Source of the DNA: Felis catus
Taxonomy: Eukaryota
Assembly (NCBI RefSeq): GCF_018350175.1
Contig: NC_058382.1
Coordinates: forward strand, 18,104,001-18,168,000
Reading direction: 5' to 3'
Length of the DNA: 64,000 nucleotides
Under the pieces are notes generated by a model, which saw only the letters and a list, made by a program, of their open reading frames with translations, had not been told where the DNA came from and did not search any database. Made by a program: the position numbers and the translations under genes. Below, in pieces: positions 60,275 through 64,000 of the stretch. Within the stretch, counting starts at the first letter, position 1. Each line of letters begins with the position of its first letter.

Positions 60275-60416
60275 CTCCTTCTTCTTCTTCTACCCCTCCC
60301 TTCCTTCCCTCTTCCCCCTCCTCCTCCTCTTCCCCCTTCTCTTCCTTCTCTTCCTCCTTCCTCTTCCTTCTCTTCCTCCTTCCTCTTCCTCTTCCTCTTC
60401 CCCTTCTTCTTCTTCT
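60275..60416. repeat. CT-rich low-complexity tract
   Basis: (CTT/CCT)n mixture next to an N gap. Confidence 0.85.
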
Positions 60417-62302
60417 GCATCCTTGTCTAGTTTTGGCATCAGGGTAATGCTAGTCTAAAGAGATGAGNNNNNNNNNNNNNNNNNNNNNNNNNNNNNNNNN
60501 NNNNNNNNNNNNNNNNNNNNNNNNNNNNNNNNNNNNNNNNNNNNNNNNNNNNNNNNNNNNNNNNNNNNNNNNNNNNNNNNNNNNNNNNNNNNNNNNNNNN
60601 NNNNNNNNNNNNNNNNNNNNNNNNNNNNNNNNNGTTTTCTGTTTCTTTATGATTCAGTCTTGGAAATTTTTATATTTCTGGAAGTTTATCTATTTCTTTT
60701 TGGTTGTCCAATTTGTTGATGTATAATTATTCACAGTAGTCTCTTATGATCCTTTATATTTTTGTGATATTGATTGTAACTTCTCCTCATTCATGTCTGA
60801 TTTTATTTATTTGGGCCCTTTCTCCCCACCTCTCTCTCTTTCTCCTTTAGTGAGTCTAGCTAAAGGTTTGCCAACTTTGTTTGTCTTTTCAAGGAACCAA
60901 CTCTTAGTTATGTTGATCTTTTCCATTGTCATTTTAGTTTCCATTTCATTTATTTCCGCTCTGACCTTTATTATTTCTTTCCTTCTGCTAACTTTGGGTT
61001 TCATTTGTTCTTTTTTTAGTTTCTTTGGGTGTAAAGTTAGATTGCTTATTTGATATTTTCTGGTTTCTTGAGGTCTGTATCACTATGGACTTCCCTCTTA
61101 AAACTACTTTTTCTATATCATAGAATATGGTATGTTGTATTTCCATTTTCATTTCTCAGGTATCCTTTGATTTCTCCTTTCATTTCTTTACTGACACATT
61201 GGCTGTCCAGGAGCATGTTGTTTAATCTCCACATATTTGTGATTTTTCCAGCTTTCTTCTTGTAATTGATTTCTACTTTCATACTATTGGGGTTGGAAAA
61301 GATGCCCGATATGATTTCAATCTTCTTTAATTTATTGAGACTTGTTTTGTGGCTTAACATATGATCTATCTTAGAGAATGTTCCATGTGCACTTGAGAAT
61401 AATGTGCATCTACTGCTTTGGATAGGATGTTCTGTGAATACCTATTAAGTCCATCTTACCTAATGTGTCATTTAATGCTGTTATTTCCTTATTGATTTTC
61501 TGTCTGGATGATCTATCCATTGATGTAAGTAGTGTACTAAAGTCCCCTACTATTGTTTTGCTATCAGTTTCTCCCTGTTAATATTTCCTTTACATATTTA
61601 GGTGCTTCTGTGTTGGGTGCATTAATGTTTACAGATGTTATAGCTTGTTGGGTTGAATTCTTTATGTAATGCCCATCTTTGTCTTTAATTACAGAATTTA
61701 TTTTAAAGTCTATTTTACCTGATATAAGTTAGGTTTCAGCCTTTTGTTTGTTTTCATTTGCATGAAACATCTTTTTCTAGCACTTTCAGTTTCTGTGNNN
61801 NNNNNNNNNNNNNNNNNNNNNNNNNNNNNNNNNNNNNNNNNNNNNNNNNNNNNNNNNNNNNNNNNNNNNNNNNNNNNNNNNNNNNNNNNNNNNNNNNNNN
61901 NNNNNNNNNNNNNNNNNNNNNNNNNNNNNNNNNNNNNNNNNNNNNNNNNNNNNNNNNNNNATTTTATTAATTGGTTTCTGGCTGTTTTGTAGTTTCTCTT
62001 TGTTCCTTTATTCTTCTCTTGCTCTCTTCCCTTGTTGTTTGGTGACTTTCTTTAGTTTTATGATTAGATTCCTTTCTCATCTTTTGTGTATCTGCTATAG
62101 GTTTTTGTTTTGTGGTTACCATGAGTCTCACATGTAATGGCCTTATATATAATAGTCTATTTTAAATTGATAGCCAGCTGAGTTTGAGCACATTCTAAAA
62201 CTCTACATTTTTACTTCCACCCTTCTGTTTTATGTTTTTGATGTCATATTTTTCATCTTTTTATTTTTGTGTATCCCTTAACTAATTATTGTGGGTATAG
62301 TT

Positions 62303-62505
62303 TTGATTGATTGATTGATTGATTGATTGCAAGCATGTGCACGAGCAGCAGCACCAGGAGTGGAAGGAGAGGGAGGGAGAGAATCCCAAGCAGGCTCCAC
62401 AACCAGTGCAGAGCCCAACACAGGGCTGATCTCATGACTGTGAGATCATGACCTGGGCCAAAATCCAGAATCAGATGCTTAACAGACTGAGCACCCAGGC
62501 GCCCC
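62303..62505 (-). mobile_element. Can-SINE with (TTGA)n tail, nested in L1
   Basis: cacccaggcgcccc head on the minus strand; tail decayed into a tetranucleotide repeat. Confidence 0.88.
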
Positions 62506-64000
62506 TAATTTTGTCTTTTAACCTTAACACTAGCTTTGTGATTAATCCATTATCTTTACTGTATATTTATCTTTACCAGTGATATTTTTACTTTCATACA
62601 TTTCTTGTTACTAATTAGTGTCCTTTCTTTTTGGCATATGTAAGTTCCTTTAACATTTCTCATAAGGCTGGTTTAGTGATGATGAACTTCTTTAGCTTCT
62701 GTTTGCCTGGAAAATTCTTTTTCTCTTTCAATTCTAAATGATAACCTTTCCAGGTAGAGTATTTTGGTTGGAAGTTTTTCATTTCAGCATTTTGAATATA
62801 TTATGCCAACTTCCTTCTTCCTGCAACATGTCTGCTCAAAACTCTACTGATAGTCTTATGGGGGTTCCCTTGTATGTAATAAGTTGCTTTTCTCTCACTG
62901 CTTTTAAGATTCATTATCTTTATCTCTATCTCTTGACATTTTAGTTATATATGTGTCTTGGTGTATGGATCTCTTTGAGTTCATCTTTTTTGGAACCTTC
63001 TGGGATTCCTGGATCTGGATGTATGTTTCCTTCTTCAGTTTAGGGAATTTTTCATCAGCCATTATTTATTCAAATAAGTTTTCTTCTCCCTTCTCTCTCT
63101 CTCTTCTCCTTCTGAGTCTCCTATAATGTGAATGTTATCCTGCTTGATGTTGTATTCTAGGTCCCTTAAGCTATCTTTACTTTTTAAAATTCTTTTTTCC
63201 TCTTTTTGCTGCTCTGTTTGTGTGAGTTCCACTGCCCTGTCTTCCAGATCAGTGATCCTTTATTCTGTTTCATCTAGTCTGCTGTTGAACTCCTGTTGTG
63301 CATTTTCAGCTCAGTTATTGTTTACAGTTCTGTGGCTTCCATTTGGTACTTTCTTAGATTTTATTTATTTGTTTTTGTTGAAGTTCTCACTGTGTTCATT
63401 CATTTTTCTCCTGAGTATCGTTTTGTGACCATTACTCTGAACTCTTACTCTCTTGGGTAAGTTACTTATCTCCATCTTATTAATTTTTTCCTAAATTTTA
63501 TCTTGTTCCTTCATTTGGAAAAAAACTCCTCTGTTTCCTCAACTTGCTCAACTTTATGTGTTTGTTTCTAGATCTTAGGTGAAATAGCTACCTCTCCCAG
63601 TCTTGAAGAAATGACTTTGTGACTTTGTGTAGGATATGAACCTTTATCATTCAACTGTGCCCTAGTTCTTGATTTTCTCTCATACCTTTTTGATTGTCCA
63701 AGCAGCCTGACTTATTCTTGCTTGGTCCCATTTGATGAGGGTGTGCCAAGAATTTTCAGTGTTTCAAAGGGAGGAATCTCAATCAACACCTAGTTTCAGG
63801 CTGATTGGCAGCAGCTTTTAAATTATGCCAATTTATACAGTCCTATGAGACAACAGTTATAAACCCTGCTGGCTTCTAAACTAGTTGATCTGTAGGTGTC
63901 CCTTGTGTGACATATGTGAAAATTAGGGCTCCAGATGAGTTTATAAGCTCCATTCTGGAAGGTAACAGTGAACTGTAGTAAGGCCAAGGGAGAACACAAA

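Larger units (their letters stand above)
57440..64000 (-). mobile_element. Long decayed LINE-1 with several N gaps
   Basis: 3' end near 57440; RT remnant [19 protein letters not shown] (59471-59731); EN-region remnant LSHKTSLNKLKKIEII (61118-61360). Confidence 0.9.

Overview
Mammalian genomic DNA from a draft assembly with 8 N gaps. The SINEC_Fc-type tRNA-derived SINEs and the hepcidin sequence point to a felid. The window is the conserved MAG-HAMP-USF2-LSR-FAM187B block (human 19q13.1 synteny). On the minus strand are MAG (all exons, with the last L-MAG exon cut by the window edge), HAMP/hepcidin (83 aa, complete), USF2 (exons 2-10; exon 1 falls in an N gap) and LSR/angulin-1 (10 exons, 597 aa, complete). 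On the plus strand is the first coding exon of a FAM187B-family gene, flanked by two long decayed L1 elements and an MaLR remnant. Exon boundaries were read from GT/AG sites and frame continuity. I found no convincing new biological system. The best leads are a shortened S-MAG exon that drops the terminal His and trims its splicing hairpin, and an intact FAM187B paralog that may correspond to the human pseudogene FAM187B2P and sits directly behind MaLR sequence. Comparisons with human and rodent sequences are from memory and need confirming by alignment.
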